Assembly (NCBI RefSeq): GCF_006345805.1
Contig: NC_043013.1
Location: 52,824,001-52,888,000, forward strand
Reading direction: 5' to 3'
Source: Octopus sinensis
Taxonomy: Eukaryota
DNA length: 64,000 bases
Shown here: positions 51,665-64,000 of the stretch, in pieces
Layout: each line of letters starts with the position of its first letter
How positions within the stretch are numbered: the stretch's first letter is position 1
Translations under genes and position numbers: made by a program
Notes under the pieces: generated by a model
What the model was told of the DNA's origin: nothing
The model's input: the letters and a program-made list of their open reading frames with translations, nothing else
Databases searched by the model: none

Positions 51665-52018
51665 TTTCACTCATTTGATTGCGGCCATCGAGGAGCACCG
51701 ACTCCAGGACATATTTTTTGTAAGCCCAGCACTTATTCTATCAGTATATTTTGCCAGACCGCTCAGTTACGGGGACATAAACACAGTAATATTGGTTGTC
51801 AAGCGATGGTGGAGGGACAAACACAGAACACAGACAAATATACATATATATATATATATATATACGACGAGCTTCTTACAGTTTCCGTCTACCAAATGCA
51901 CTCACAAGGCTTTGGTCGGCCCGAGGCTAAGGTAAAAGACTCTTTCACAAGATACCACGCTGTGGGACTGAACCCAGAACAATGTGGTTTGTAAGTAAGC
52001 TACTTACCACACAACCAC
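51665..52018 (-). mobile_element. SINE family A
   Basis: Same blocks as 47527-47922. Confidence 0.75.
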
Positions 52019-52186
52019 TAGCATATTTTTTTTAAAAAAGACTGCAATAAAAAAAATCTTCACTCTTTTGTTGTAAACTCATCAATATTCTGTGAATCTG
52101 GTCAGTTTCGTTTTGTTTTGATCCTTTGGTGTGAAAGTTGGTATTTTTAAATGAAAATAATCAATCTTTTGAAACAAAGCTCAATC

Positions 52187-52778
52187 ATGGAGATGTGTAG
52201 ATGAATGGCCGTTTAAGCTGCCTCGTTGAATATTAAATCGCAGTTTCCTCTTCCTCTCATTCTGAAACCAACATGTAGCAGGAGCAGTAACAGCAACAAC
52301 AACAATAACAACAACCAATAACGCCAAAGAAAGATACAACAATATTAACCTGCTAAAGACCACCAGTGCCACTCCTGCCAGACGTGTTAGAAACGGTAGC
52401 AAGAAAGCAGCAGCAGCAGCAGCAGCAGCAACAGCAGAATCTAAGATGGCAATGAAAACGAAAGAATGACCGGTGGTGTGACACCGACAGTATTAACCCC
52501 CAACATTCGAATGGGCAGAAGTTGAATAATTAGAATTGACGACAACAACTTTCTTGCTACCGTTTCTAACACGTCTGGCAGGAGTGGCACTGGTAGTCTT
52601 TAGCAGGTTAATATTGTTGTATCTTTCTTTGGCGTTGTTGGTTGTTGTTATTGTTGTTGTTGCTGTTGCTGCTACTGCGGTTCCTGCTACATGTTGGTTT
52701 CAGAATGAGAGGAAGAGAAAACTGCGATTTAATATTCAACGAGGCAGCTTAAAAAGCCATTCATCTACACATCTCCAT
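52187..52778. repeat. inverted duplication, ~225-bp arms, ~140-bp spacer
   Basis: 52187-52407 is the near reverse complement of 52549-52778; mirrored ORFs 52181(-) and 52536(+) give almost the same peptide. Confidence 0.9.
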
Positions 52779-53550
52779 AATAACGTCGACGAGGAAGAAT
52801 AAAGAAAAAAAGGCCAGCAACAACAAGAACATCAATAATGAGAATAAGAACGTTGGAAACAAGAATATTGTCATCAGTAACAATACGACTGCCAAAACTA
52901 CCATTATTGGCATTGTTTCTACGTCAGTTTTTTTTTCTTTTCTACTTTACAATTTTACTTTTCTGCCCACTAGATACCCCCCCACCCCAGATCTCTTATT
53001 TTGTATCTGCTAAGTGCATTAAAAAAGATAAAATGACTACAGTAAAGTCATTTTATAATGGATAACTTTGAAAATATACTTTTGCCACCATGAATAATAT
53101 GGTATACATGCAATAAATGTGATTTATGCTTTGTCACATTGTTTAGTGCGCACACAAAATGATGACATGTATAAAGACACCCTCACTTCAGTTATGAATG
53201 ATCAGGGAATAGAACATAGAATGTTGCCTTACGACGTACAAGTCCAGGCAGATTTGTTTATGGAAGACCAGCAGTCGCCCATGCATACTAGCCTCCCCTC
53301 TCCACGTCCCCAATGTTATCCAAGAGAAAGGCAAAGGCTGATGTAATTTGGCACCAATGACGTCGCAACTCATTTCTACAGCTGAGTGAAGGTATATAAC
53401 AAATATCCTAGAAACAGCTGTTAAACCTTATGTTTATAAATGTTCTAAAATCTACACAGCCTTGGTTTTTTATCTCATTACGGAAAAAAATATTTTATAC
53501 ACACACGCTGATATATGACCTAAGTTGGACCCCTTATTCGCATATATATA

Positions 53551-53662
53551 TAGGCTTGAAACGTAAAAGAGTTTTTCTATTCCTGAGCGTTATACTAATA
53601 CATCTGTTTGTTTTGTACACCACCTGTCTTCGTCTTTTGTTTTTTTTGGGGGGGGACTTTCC
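53551..53662 (+). mobile_element. 5'-truncated PLE pLTR fragment
   Basis: TAGGCTTGAAACGTAAAAGA..TTCCTGAGCG..CTAATAC..CACCTGTCTTCGTCTTTTG matches 3703-3800; ends in (TA)n. Confidence 0.7.
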
Positions 53663-53735
<73 letters not shown>

Positions 53736-53837
53736 GCAGGAGAGGAGATGTATATATATATATATATTTCCCCTCTCCACGCTACTGATGTTAACCTAGG
53801 AAAAGGTGGAGTTCGATTCATCTTGACACATGTGACG

Positions 53838-53985
53838 TTGTGACTCATTTCTACAGCTGAGTGAAATAGAGCAACATAGAATAAAGGGTCTTGCACTAGA
53901 CCACAACACGCAGCCTGGTCCGGGAACCAAACTTACTGCCTCATGATTGAGAGATCGACGCTCTAACCATTGAATCGTGCGCCTT
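53838..53985 (-). mobile_element. tRNA-derived SINE head (family C)
   Basis: Minus strand AGGCGCAC..ATGGTTAGAGCG..GGTTCCCGG..CACTCAGCTGTAGAAATGAG. A further body fragment lies at 53170-53390. Confidence 0.6.
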
Positions 53986-54698
53986 TCATGAAGAAATGTA
54001 TTCTAATTTTTAAAAGAAAAATAATTATCACCTTTTAAGATAAAATTTAATAAAAGAAATTTCATTTAAACCTCATGACTATTGAGACATTTACTCAATC
54101 TATTCCATCCGCTCAATAAGAATTTTTCTTACTGCGCATGTGTGTAGCATTCTCTTATTCCTTGTCTACCACCAAGCCTAGTATGTGCAATTATTCTGCA
54201 CCTCTTAGATTAACACTATTTCTATTTTACTTTTTGATCACTTCTCGGTACTAAATAAAGCATGACTGGAGAAATTAACCGAATAACCAACGTTTAAACC
54301 GGGTTTTTGCTATATTTAGGTGATTTTTAGTGCTACAGAAATATGACCAAACGGGTTCCACACGCAATTATCCTGCTATGGTTCAAATCGCACTCCATCA
54401 AATTGCCCGCATCTTTCTCTGGACGTTCACAATTAGAATATCTCATTGATATTATATAATAACCTTCTTGCATTGATCTAATAACCTTCTTCCAACAACA
54501 TTTGATAGCGGCTTGCAAGAGTATGAGATAACCAGGCTGCAAAATATGTCATAACCTTTTATAAGATATGTGGTAACTTCCCTCGGCAATATGTAATTTC
54601 CTTTTGAAACAGCATGGGATAAAAACACGGAGGAATATAGATGGAAGGTATTTTACAGCAGTATACATTATCATGTTAGAGTGTAACTGCGTGTGTAA

Positions 54699-54740
<42 letters not shown>

Positions 54741-54820
54741 CTGTGTGTGTGCATAGAGATAGATAGATAGATGGATAGATAGATCTGTGTGTACATATAT
54801 GCGTCTGTGTGTGTGCATAG

Positions 54821-54864
<44 letters not shown>

Positions 54865-54869
54865 TGATT

Positions 54870-54902
<33 letters not shown>

Positions 54903-57012
54903 GATGGATGGGTGGAAGGGTGGATGGATAGCTCGACAGACAGATAGATAGATACATGGATAGATAGCTGGATAGATGGCTGAATGGATAAACAGACAGG
55001 CAGACAGACAGACAGGCAGACAGACAGATAGATAAATAGATAGATAGATGGATGGATGGATGGTTGGATGGATGGATGGTTGGAAGGGTGCATAGATAGC
55101 ACAATCACTCATATATATACGTACACATACATGCATACACACACACACGCGCAATCTCTCTCTCACACACACACACACAAACAAACACACAGAAATATAC
55201 CTTTGTGTGTATCTGAGTATATACGTACCTCCGAGTCTTATTAAACAGTATGTAATATAACAATCATATTTGAAGAAATATATTCAAATTCTTTTAACTG
55301 AATAGAATAATGGCGATTGGTAAAAACGAAATCACTGAATTTAGTTGTTTCATTTACAATGCAGCTTTTCTGATTGGTTTAAATGTCATATGACTGTTAG
55401 CTAGAACTTTCTGTTGATTACCGTGCGACGAGTTTTCTATGAAATTCTAGGAATTGAACTACTTAAAATATTATAGCTGCCGGTCTGTTTTGAATAAGAC
55501 TTTAGCTTCTTATATCATGAAACGGATCAAACTTGTTAATTAGAGTTTTAGAAAATGTCTAAAATGTAGTGTCTACAGCTATTGGCTATGTATCTGTTTT
55601 TTTTTAATCAACTAATATGGTCTGACGTAATCGACTCGTCTCTCTTTCAAATTCGTTCTCCATGTTGTTCGTTTTTCATATATTCTGTCTCGTTTGTTCA
55701 TTTAAATATAGAAACATGGTTGTATGTCTCTTATCTAACTGTGTTTCTTACTCTCTTTATCACCATCTCAGAATATACATACGTATGTATTCATAGGCAC
55801 ATACACATATACACCCACACATTGATAAAGCTCTGACGAAGTTATAAGGTGATACGCAAACGCCCAACAGAAACAGCAGAAACAGTGGTTAACCTGATGA
55901 AGCGTGCCTATGTGTGTATATGCGTGACTGTTTCTTCCAATGTGTAATTAACAAAAAAAAAAAGAAAAAAAACATGTATATTCAAGCAGAAAGAGCCCGC
56001 AGAATTTCTGTTCGGCTTGGTCATCTCTTGGACTTTTTCACACGCAAATGTCAATCTTACATTTCTATTCATATTAAAAAGACAAACGATTACCGAATAA
56101 CCAGCATTAAAACTGTGCCCCAGTATGGTCGCAGTCCAACGCTTGCAAGCTGTAAAAGAAGTAAAGAGGAGACACCATAAAACATTTGAATTTATTTTAC
56201 GTAACATTTTAATCAATTGAAATTACTTTTGAGATGATTCTATTGAGATTAGCTTCACCACAACGACAGCAGCAGCAGCGCATAAATAGTGTTGAAGTGA
56301 GAGAAAATGATTCATTCTTATATAACAGCTAAATCTATTTGCTGCAGACTGCTTACTTACTATTTAATTAGTGATATCTTTGACAAGAGAAGATGGTATT
56401 AAATGTAAGTTAATCGATGTCTGGAATATCGTAATAGACATAAAGATCTACTGCGACTTCCGACATTATGGGTTGCGTGGTTCTTGCGCCAAAGGACGAT
56501 TAATTTGTCTCCTTCTCATAAAAGTTGAAGCTACTTAACCAGTAATTAGCTATAAATAGGCAAAGTGTTTAAGGTAAGTTCTTAGGGAAAAATAGTGATT
56601 GATTTTGTAAAAGCAATGACCATGGAACTGTTTGTGGCGTAGAACTTAAAAGCTTAAGTATTGCTGTTTAGTTGCTCAGACCTTCTCTTTACACAAATCG
56701 TTAACCATCTGATAAAGGCAGATATAAATATAAGTAGTAGATGACTTATTTCGGACTTCAGTAAAGGGATTGAAAGCGTTATTCCTGCATGGCCGAAATC
56801 AAAGGACTGAAACCGGTTAAAACAGAAATGAGTAATACTGGTTTCAAGTTTTAACACAAGGCCAGCAATTTTGTGGAAAAGATGTAAATCAATTACATTG
56901 AACCCAGTATATGACTGGAACTTATTTCATCAACCCCCGGGAGGATGAAAGGCAAAGTCAAGCTTGTCAGTATTTGAAATCAGAATGTAAAGACAAACGA
57001 ATAATAATTATA

Positions 57013-57245
57013 GGATGGGCTACTCGACCAGAAGAAAATTCTAACTGAGACCCACCTGCAAGTTCATGCGCTGTTTATCTTGATATGAGATCACCATGTC
57101 ACGCACATATGGTTGTGACGCATGCGTCTGGTGTACCCTTATCAGACGGGTAGTCATAGTGGGTATACCGGGCTTTGTATATTTTACCCCAGTGTCACTT
57201 TGATAGCATGCACTGCTCTCTCACTCAATAATAATAATAATAATA
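57013..57245 (+). mobile_element. (AAT)n-associated retroposon, short copy, opposite orientation
   Basis: Reverse complement of 17137-17350; ends CACTGCTCTCTCACTC(AAT)n and is preceded by AATAATAAT. Confidence 0.8.
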
Positions 57246-57269
57246 ATGATAATGATGATGATGATGATA

Positions 57270-57458
57270 GTTTCAACTTTTGGCACAAGGCCAGCAAATT
57301 GAGGCGAAGCGGTCGATCAGTTACATCATACCCAGCATTCAACACGTACTTATTTTATCGACCCCAACAAGATGAAAGGCAAAGTAAACCTCAGAAAGGC
57401 AAAGACGGATGAAACCCCGCAAAGCATTTTGTCCGGCCTGCAAAACGATTCTGCCAGC
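57270..57458 (-). mobile_element. SINE family D (another partial at 56838-57000)
   Basis: CACAAGGCCAGCAA..TTTTATCGACCCC..GATGAAAGGCAAAGT..CGATTCTGCCAGCT. Confidence 0.65.
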
Positions 57459-57489
57459 TAGCTGCTTTATTCTTTTATTTTTTTACTTA

Positions 57490-57647
57490 ATTCAGTTATT
57501 TGACTGCGACCGTGCTGGAGCACTTTCAAACCGACACCAAATCTTATTCTTTGTAAGCCTTGTACTTATTCTGAACCGCAAAGTTACGGGGTCGTAAACA
57601 TACCAGCATCGGTTGTCAAGCGATGAAGGGAGGACAAACAAACAAAC

Positions 57648-57688
<41 letters not shown>

Positions 57689-58082
57689 GAAATGAAGAAA
57701 ATGCTGACAAAATAATTTAAGTAATTTAAGTAATTTAATTAGGTGAAACTTCTTTTTACCGGTTGCGCATTTGTTATGCTTATCAAAAGATTAGAGTTCC
57801 TTTCTGATAGATTTTTTCCTCTTATCTGACTTTATGTTGGGTTTGCTGTCTCTTATATGTCTCTTTTTTCACATATAAGAGACAGCAACCCAACATAAAG
57901 TCAGATAAGAGGAAAAAATCTATCAGAAAAGGACTCTAATCTTTTGATAAGCATAACAAATGCGCAACCGGTAAAAAGAAGTTTCACCTAATTAAATTAC
58001 TTAAATTACTTAAATTATTTTGTCAGCATTTTCTTCATTTCCTTTTTTATATATCACAACTCATGTTCCACATCTCCATTTT

Positions 58083-58141
<59 letters not shown>

Positions 58142-58285
58142 ACGACAGGCTTCTTTCAGTTTCCGTCTACCAAATCCAGTCACAAAGCTTTGGTCAGCTA
58201 GAGTTTATTGTAGAAGACACTTGCCACGCAGTAGGACTGCACCCGGAACCATGTCGTTGGAGAACAAGCTTCTTACCACACAGCG
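57490..58285 (-). mobile_element. SINE family A interrupted by a fold-back element in its internal (TA)n
   Basis: 3' half at 57490-57650, 5' half at 58140-58285. Confidence 0.75.
57679..58084. repeat. near-perfect fold-back element: ~180-bp arms, 10-nt loop, ~30-bp tail
   Basis: 57679-57860 is the reverse complement of 57871-58054 with very few differences. Confidence 0.92.
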
Positions 58286-58559
58286 AATCCCGCGCCTTAG
58301 GTATCTTTCGCCCGACGTTTATATTATTTAGAAATATATACGAAGAAACATCGAGAAAGCATGTAAATTCACGAAGATTTAGTGGAGTAACACAAATAAA
58401 ATAACAATAGAAATCATATATTTATTGGGGGTAAAAATCGTTTCAAAGGTTAAAAATGGAAGAAAAGCTTATCAGAACTATACTTATTCATAAAAGGATA
58501 TATATAGTGTGATAGGATGGGTAGGAGTTGCGGGCCAGTAAGGTTTGGGTGGTAGTTAA

Positions 58560-59210
58560 AGATAAATGGCTTGTGGATGAGGAAATCAGGTATGGTTGGG
58601 CCAGGATCTGTATTAGAAAAGGTCAGTGCGTGTTTAGCTTTAAGTTTAGTGTCGGAAATAAAGGAAATCTTTACGCAGAAACCACTGATGTGGAGAGCTT
58701 GATAATTATACAGGCCGTGAGTGCTAAAGGTGTTTCATTTGATGATGAGTGGCAAATTTCAATGGAGATAGTATCATTGAATAGGATGTTGATATTCTGT
58801 AGGGATTCATTGGGAAAATATAATATAGGTTTGCATGTAAATTGAGTGAGACATCTAAGAAATTAGCTACTCTCGGGCTATTCTCAAAACAGTTCATAAG
58901 ATTATAATATTTCAAAGAATCTATGGAGGACATTCCGGCTGCGTTCATTTAACGGTCGACATAAACCAGTGGCTGTAAGGAGTACATCATCCGTGTACAC
59001 ACCTCCAGAGAGGCTGGGGAATATGTTGATTAATTTAGAAAAAAAGGGATAGCCGACCAGGTCAGTAACCTGGATGGTCTCGGATGAACCCATGGTTATA
59101 TCAAATAAATTCACAAACGAGTTGCGAGACAAGTAAATATTGAAGTATATAAGTGTATTCCAAGCCACCAGTATGATGTTGATGTCAGATCGAGAGATAG
59201 GCGTGTACAG
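58560..59210 (-). mobile_element. Penelope-like reverse transcriptase remnant
   Basis: FDITMGSSETIQVTDLVG...GGVYTDDVL...VANFLDVSLNL corresponds to PLE RT motifs (FDVTMGS, GLYRDD, NFLDVTL). Confidence 0.8.
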
Positions 59211-59811
59211 TTTGCGTGCATATGTATATATATATATATATATATTTAAAATTAGCGAAAGAATTACATAAAATCTATGTTACATAAGTTTCATACTAGT
59301 AGAACGTCGGACGTGGAAATTGGCCAAACGAGGGGTAATCCGCTAGCTACTCGTCGGGCGAAAGATACCTTAATCAAATTAAGTTTACGTTGTCGTCAAC
59401 GGATCCCATGTTAACTCGCAGGAGGTTCGATCGAAAATGCATGGAAAGCAAGGAGTTAGCGAAAGAAAAGGAAAGCTTTTTTGTGATAACACCGAGATGT
59501 TTTTTGGCTAAGGTAATTAAAATGGCTGAAATTACAGTAGAAAGCCGGAAGCAGTTGACGAATTAAATGTTTCAATATGTTTGCAAGTTTCTTGTTTCGT
59601 GTTGTGAGTCGGACCTGTAGGAGAACAGTTATGACTGCATACAGAGGTTCTGAACGAAAATAAAATTCTTGCTGTAAATTCTATTAAATTTCGAAAATGA
59701 AGTATACTTTAAATATACACCGATTTATACTCAGCCAATATGTGTATATCCTGTATATACATGCATATACGTATGTATATACATATACATACATACATAC
59801 ATACATATATA

Positions 59812-59861
<50 letters not shown>

Positions 59862-59863
<2 letters not shown>

Positions 59864-59925
59864 GGCGGTGCCCCAGCATGGCCACAGCTCATTAGCTGAA
59901 ACTGGAAAAATCAAAAATCAATCAA
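59862..59925 (+). mobile_element. LINE 3'-tail stub in (TA)n
   Basis: ATGGCGGTGCCCCAGCATGGCCACAGCTCATTAGCTGAAACTGGAAAAATCAAAAATCAA closely matches the 3' end of the 10.5 kb LINE. Confidence 0.8.
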
Positions 59926-59937
59926 TATATATATATG

Positions 59938-59978
<41 letters not shown>

Positions 59979-59985
59979 TAGTATG

Positions 59986-60039
<54 letters not shown>

Positions 60040-60164
60040 AATATATATAATGAGTGAATATGTATGTATATGGTTAGAGATAGATGTGTGCATGTGTGTG
60101 CATGTGTGTATATATATACATATATATGTATCTATGTATATAATATATCCATATACACACATAC

Positions 60165-60196
<32 letters not shown>

Positions 60197-60666
60197 TTGT
60201 GTATAGCAATAAAGAATTATACATTTATACGCAAAGCACACACGTATGAATGTGCACATGGGTGGTTGCATATGTGTATAATTGTACTGACATATGTATA
60301 AACGTATGATTATGAATATAGCTATATTTCATTTGAGCGGAAGAAGAAAGAAAGAAAATAAGAGATAGAGATTCGACTTCAATTTCGTTATTGCTAACTT
60401 AATAACATCTCAAAATTAAGTACCGCATTAATGGAAGAGGAGTTTAAAAACTGATTCAGTCATGTATGTATGTATATACTTGTGTGCATATAGTTAGATA
60501 TATGCATGTATATATATATATATGTGTGTGTTTGTGTGTGTGTGTGTACGTTGAAGAGAATGTGAGGGCGTACGTGTGCGATTTATCTGCTCAATTACTT
60601 TTAAGTATTGGCACCTTCACAATATCAAGCCTCACTTCAGATTTCAATTGTAATATATATTATATA

Positions 60667-60699
<33 letters not shown>

Positions 60700-60976
60700 A
60701 TAAATATATAAATGTATGTATGTATATATGTATATATATATATATATATGTATGTTATATATGTATATAGGTATATATATATATATGTATAATATATATA
60801 ATATATATATATATATATGTGTGTGTGTGTATATATGCATATATATATATAGTATGTATATATGTATGTATATATATATATATATAAATATATATATTAT
60901 ACATATCTATATATATATCTAAACGTTTATGTACACACACACATATATATCTATATAAATATACGCATATATATAC

Positions 60977-61025
<49 letters not shown>

Positions 61026-61190
61026 ATATAAATGTATATATATATATAAAGTAGTTGAATGAATTATCCTGTATGGATAATTCGGTAACCGATACCTGGG
61101 TAGCAATTCACGTCAGAAAACACGGTTGAAGCTACATGCCAAGGGCAGAGATCACGTGCTTTCGTGTGGAAATTTGTGTTTTTTTTACTG

Positions 61191-61343
61191 TAAATAAATG
61201 AAGGAATGGAGTCGAACGACGATTTAACAAAATTCCTTTACTCTCGACATATGTTTCTTTGAAATATGCAGTCTTTGAAACATATGTCGAGAATAAAGGA
61301 ATTTTTTAAAATCGTCGTTCGACTCCATTCTTTCATTTATTTA
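61191..61343. repeat. fold-back element, 67-bp arms, 19-nt loop
   Basis: 61191-61257 is the near reverse complement of 61277-61343; the right arm begins GAAAC-ATAT-GTC. Confidence 0.88.
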
Positions 61344-61354
61344 TATATATATAT

Positions 61355-61415
61355 ATGGCGGTGCCCCAGCATGACCACAGCTCATTAGCTGAAACTGGAA
61401 AAATCAAAAATCAAA
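61355..61415 (+). mobile_element. LINE 3'-tail stub in (TA)n
   Basis: Nearly identical to 59862-59925. Confidence 0.8.
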
Positions 61416-61489
61416 TATACATATATGTGCTTATGTATATATATATATATATATATATATACAAACACACACACAGATTCCTATATACA

Positions 61490-61645
61490 CGGTAGGTTTC
61501 TTTCAGTCGCTGTGTCCCAAATCCATTCACAAATATCTTGTCGTCCCGAGGCTATAATTGAAGGCGCTTGCCAAAGTTGCCATGCAGTGGGACTGACCCC
61601 GGAACCATGTCTCTGAGAAACAAAGTCCTTGCCACTCGGCCATGC
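61490..61645 (-). mobile_element. SINE family A, 5' half
   Basis: CAAATCCATTCACAA..CCCGAGGCTATA..GCAGTGGGACTGACCCCGGAACCATGT. Confidence 0.65.
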
Positions 61646-61908
61646 TTATGTGCATATATGTTTGTTTGTGTGAATGTGTGTGTGTGTGTGTGAGTGTTGG
61701 ACATAACTAACAGCTCCAGATGCAAATAGTCTGGGTTGGGTCCAGGAGTTTACTGGGAATCCGTATCAACCTGTCTTGATCCTATTTCAACTTAGTTCTG
61801 TGCCCGAAGCAATATTCTGTTCAGTCCTCAAATCACCTCTCTTCAACAAAACACTGCATACCTCCTCGCAGCCACTGCCTTGGTCTTGGAGTGTGTGTGT
61901 GTGTGTGT

Positions 61909-61953
<45 letters not shown>

Positions 61954-62867
61954 TGTGTCTGTGTCTGTGTATTTGCATTTGTGCCTGTTTGCCAGCTTGT
62001 CTCTATATAGAGTGAACATTCCACACTGTGTTTTCAGAAATGAAGCCACAAATAAAATGTAGAACATATACTAATATACTCACTAAAAAATGAAAATCGT
62101 CGTGTTGGGGCACGAAACAAAAAGGGAGTGTTTGGAATTAGAACAGGATATACATATTACCCCTCCATTAGCCATTACGTTGTTCGTTTCCTTTTCTCCG
62201 TAAATTGATTGGTGGCTTGAGGATAAACTTCCGTATTAAAACATTATCATAATTTCATGTTACTTGCCACAAAATGTCAGCGCTCGCATAAGACCAACAA
62301 TGATTGTTAGTTTTTTAAAGAAAGATCTTTTATCGAAGTTGTTAGAATGTGCTAGACATTGATTATACTTAGATAGGCATTACTTCAAGTTTATCCTGCA
62401 TGACATGAATGGTATTATAGTGGTGTTTAAGTTTATTATGCCGTATTCTATCGAGTAAACTGAAGAACTTTGAAAGCCACAATAACACAGTTACAGAGTT
62501 TCGTTGTACAACTGGAGCATAATAGAAAAAGAAAATTAGAGAAATGCATTATATTGAGAACAGATTGTCATGGTCTTCAGCTCTCTTCAAATAGAAAGAT
62601 TGCTTCGAATAAACCCGAGGAAACGGATTCCAAAAGCAGACATTTTGAACGCAGAATAGAACAAGAAATAAATAAATAGACCGATAAAAAAAAAGCATAA
62701 CAGTAAAGTCTTATGTTTCTCTTTTTCGTTTTTGTATTTTCTTTCAAGATTCCAGATGTGAAAGCGTATCTTTGTTTGCATTTTCTTGTTTCTCCGAAGT
62801 GTAGAATCCGTTTTGGGGTTCTTGCCCTCGTCATAAGTGTGGCAATTTGACAAACATGCGGCGGAGC

Positions 62868-62904
<37 letters not shown>

Positions 62905-63885
62905 ACTGATCGGAGCCAATTGGACAAACCAACCAATAATGAACGTATTATGAATAATGGAAACAGCTAGTCAAATTTACCGCAATAAAGAAATCTGGAA
63001 AGACCATTATGTATCCCCTTGCCTTTTATATCCCTTTGTGCAAATGATAATATGACTCGGAACGCAACCATCAATTTATAAATATAGAACGGTAATGAAT
63101 TAAACCCACGAGCCCTGCCACATGGATGTGTTGAGTTCTTTACTAATCTAAACAATATTTTTTATCGGATGTAATAACAGAGACCTTATAAAATATTTTG
63201 ATGATCAGCCGCTAATGACTCTGTGTGTGTGTGTGTGTGTGTGTGCATATATATGTATACAAACAAACATGAATACGTAAGTGAATGTGTGTGTGTGTTG
63301 AAAATTGCTATATCGAATGAGATTGCATAACGGCTAAACAATGCTTGGAACTCCATGCTAATCCATGTTATATCCAAATTCTGTTCAATATCTATTTTCT
63401 GTTAGCAGTACACACATTTGAATAATTTACAGACCGCCTATCCGAGATCACAGTAAATCAGAATATTTTTACAATAAGACCATAGGGTTCATGATATTTA
63501 CTGCTTCACTAACGCAAACATGTTGTGCAGAGATCATTACGCAGACGATTCTCTAATTAATTGGGACACTAAATGAAGAAAATAGTAAGTTACACAACAT
63601 TGATATGAAGCAACCATAATGTATGTCATACACGGAACACGTGTAACGTTTATGTAGCTTATAATGTTAAAGTATATACTTAAACCAAATTTCATGCTTC
63701 AATCTGTATATACATATATACACACTCGTATGTGTATATATGTATATATATGTGTGTTTCCGTGTGTGCGTGTGTGTGTTTGTGTGTGTATGTGTGTGTA
63801 TGTGTGTGTGTGTTCGCACGCGTGTGTGTTATGTATGTATATATACACGTGAGTAACTGTACGTAGAAAATTGTTCATATATATA

Positions 63886-63919
<34 letters not shown>

Positions 63920-64000
63920 CCAGAGTAAACACATAAACGTGAAACAAGGTAGATAAGGAGTAGTCAAATACTAGGTGTAGAGTAATATGCTTTATTTAAA

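Noticed and set aside
52181-52802. Mirrored hydrophobic 'signal-peptide' ORFs
   Set aside because: The hydrophobicity derives from (GTT)n, and the two ORFs exist only because of the inverted duplication.
55828-55935. Two CTGAYGA boxes with nearby GAAAC
   Set aside because: Stems II and III and the cleavage site cannot be formed consistently.
62795-62840. Minus-strand ATGACGA-GGG-caagaa-CCC-CAAAAC hammerhead-like motif
   Set aside because: Two core mismatches and no stem I; may be a decayed HHR but is unsupported alone.

Overview
AT-rich, extremely microsatellite-dense eukaryotic non-coding DNA. The repeat landscape suggests an octopod cephalopod (Octopus-like); this is inferred from tRNA-SINEs with internal microsatellites and the very high (TA)n/(CA)n/(AAT)n load, and cannot be proven here. 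I find no credible host protein-coding exon, and almost all ORFs in the track are microsatellite artefacts. The recognisable content is decayed mobile DNA: two CR1/L2-type LINE copies (3.9-4.8 kb, 10.5-13.1 kb), Penelope-like element (PLE) fragments (GIY-YIG at 2.1-2.9 kb and 7.1-7.5 kb, RT at 58.6-59.2 kb), a full-length dead DD37D (maT-type) Tc1/mariner (32.5-33.7 kb), and fragments of mariner, RTE, Tx1/L1 and R4/Dong-type elements. There are also many tRNA-derived SINEs and an (AAT)n-associated ~550-bp retroposon. The most interesting signal is a dense set of minimal type-I hammerhead-ribozyme (HHR) motifs: canonical cores at 1962, 23602, 29888 and 43916, and variant cores at 3686, 34676, 35197 and 57941. 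They sit in short units inserted into microsatellites, several of them unrelated 'long hairpin + short tail' fold-back elements, which points to a family of PLE-terminal or retrozyme-like non-autonomous elements. A near-perfect 3x ~692-bp tandem array (39.6-41.7 kb) is also notable. All calls are by eye and coordinates may be off by several bases.
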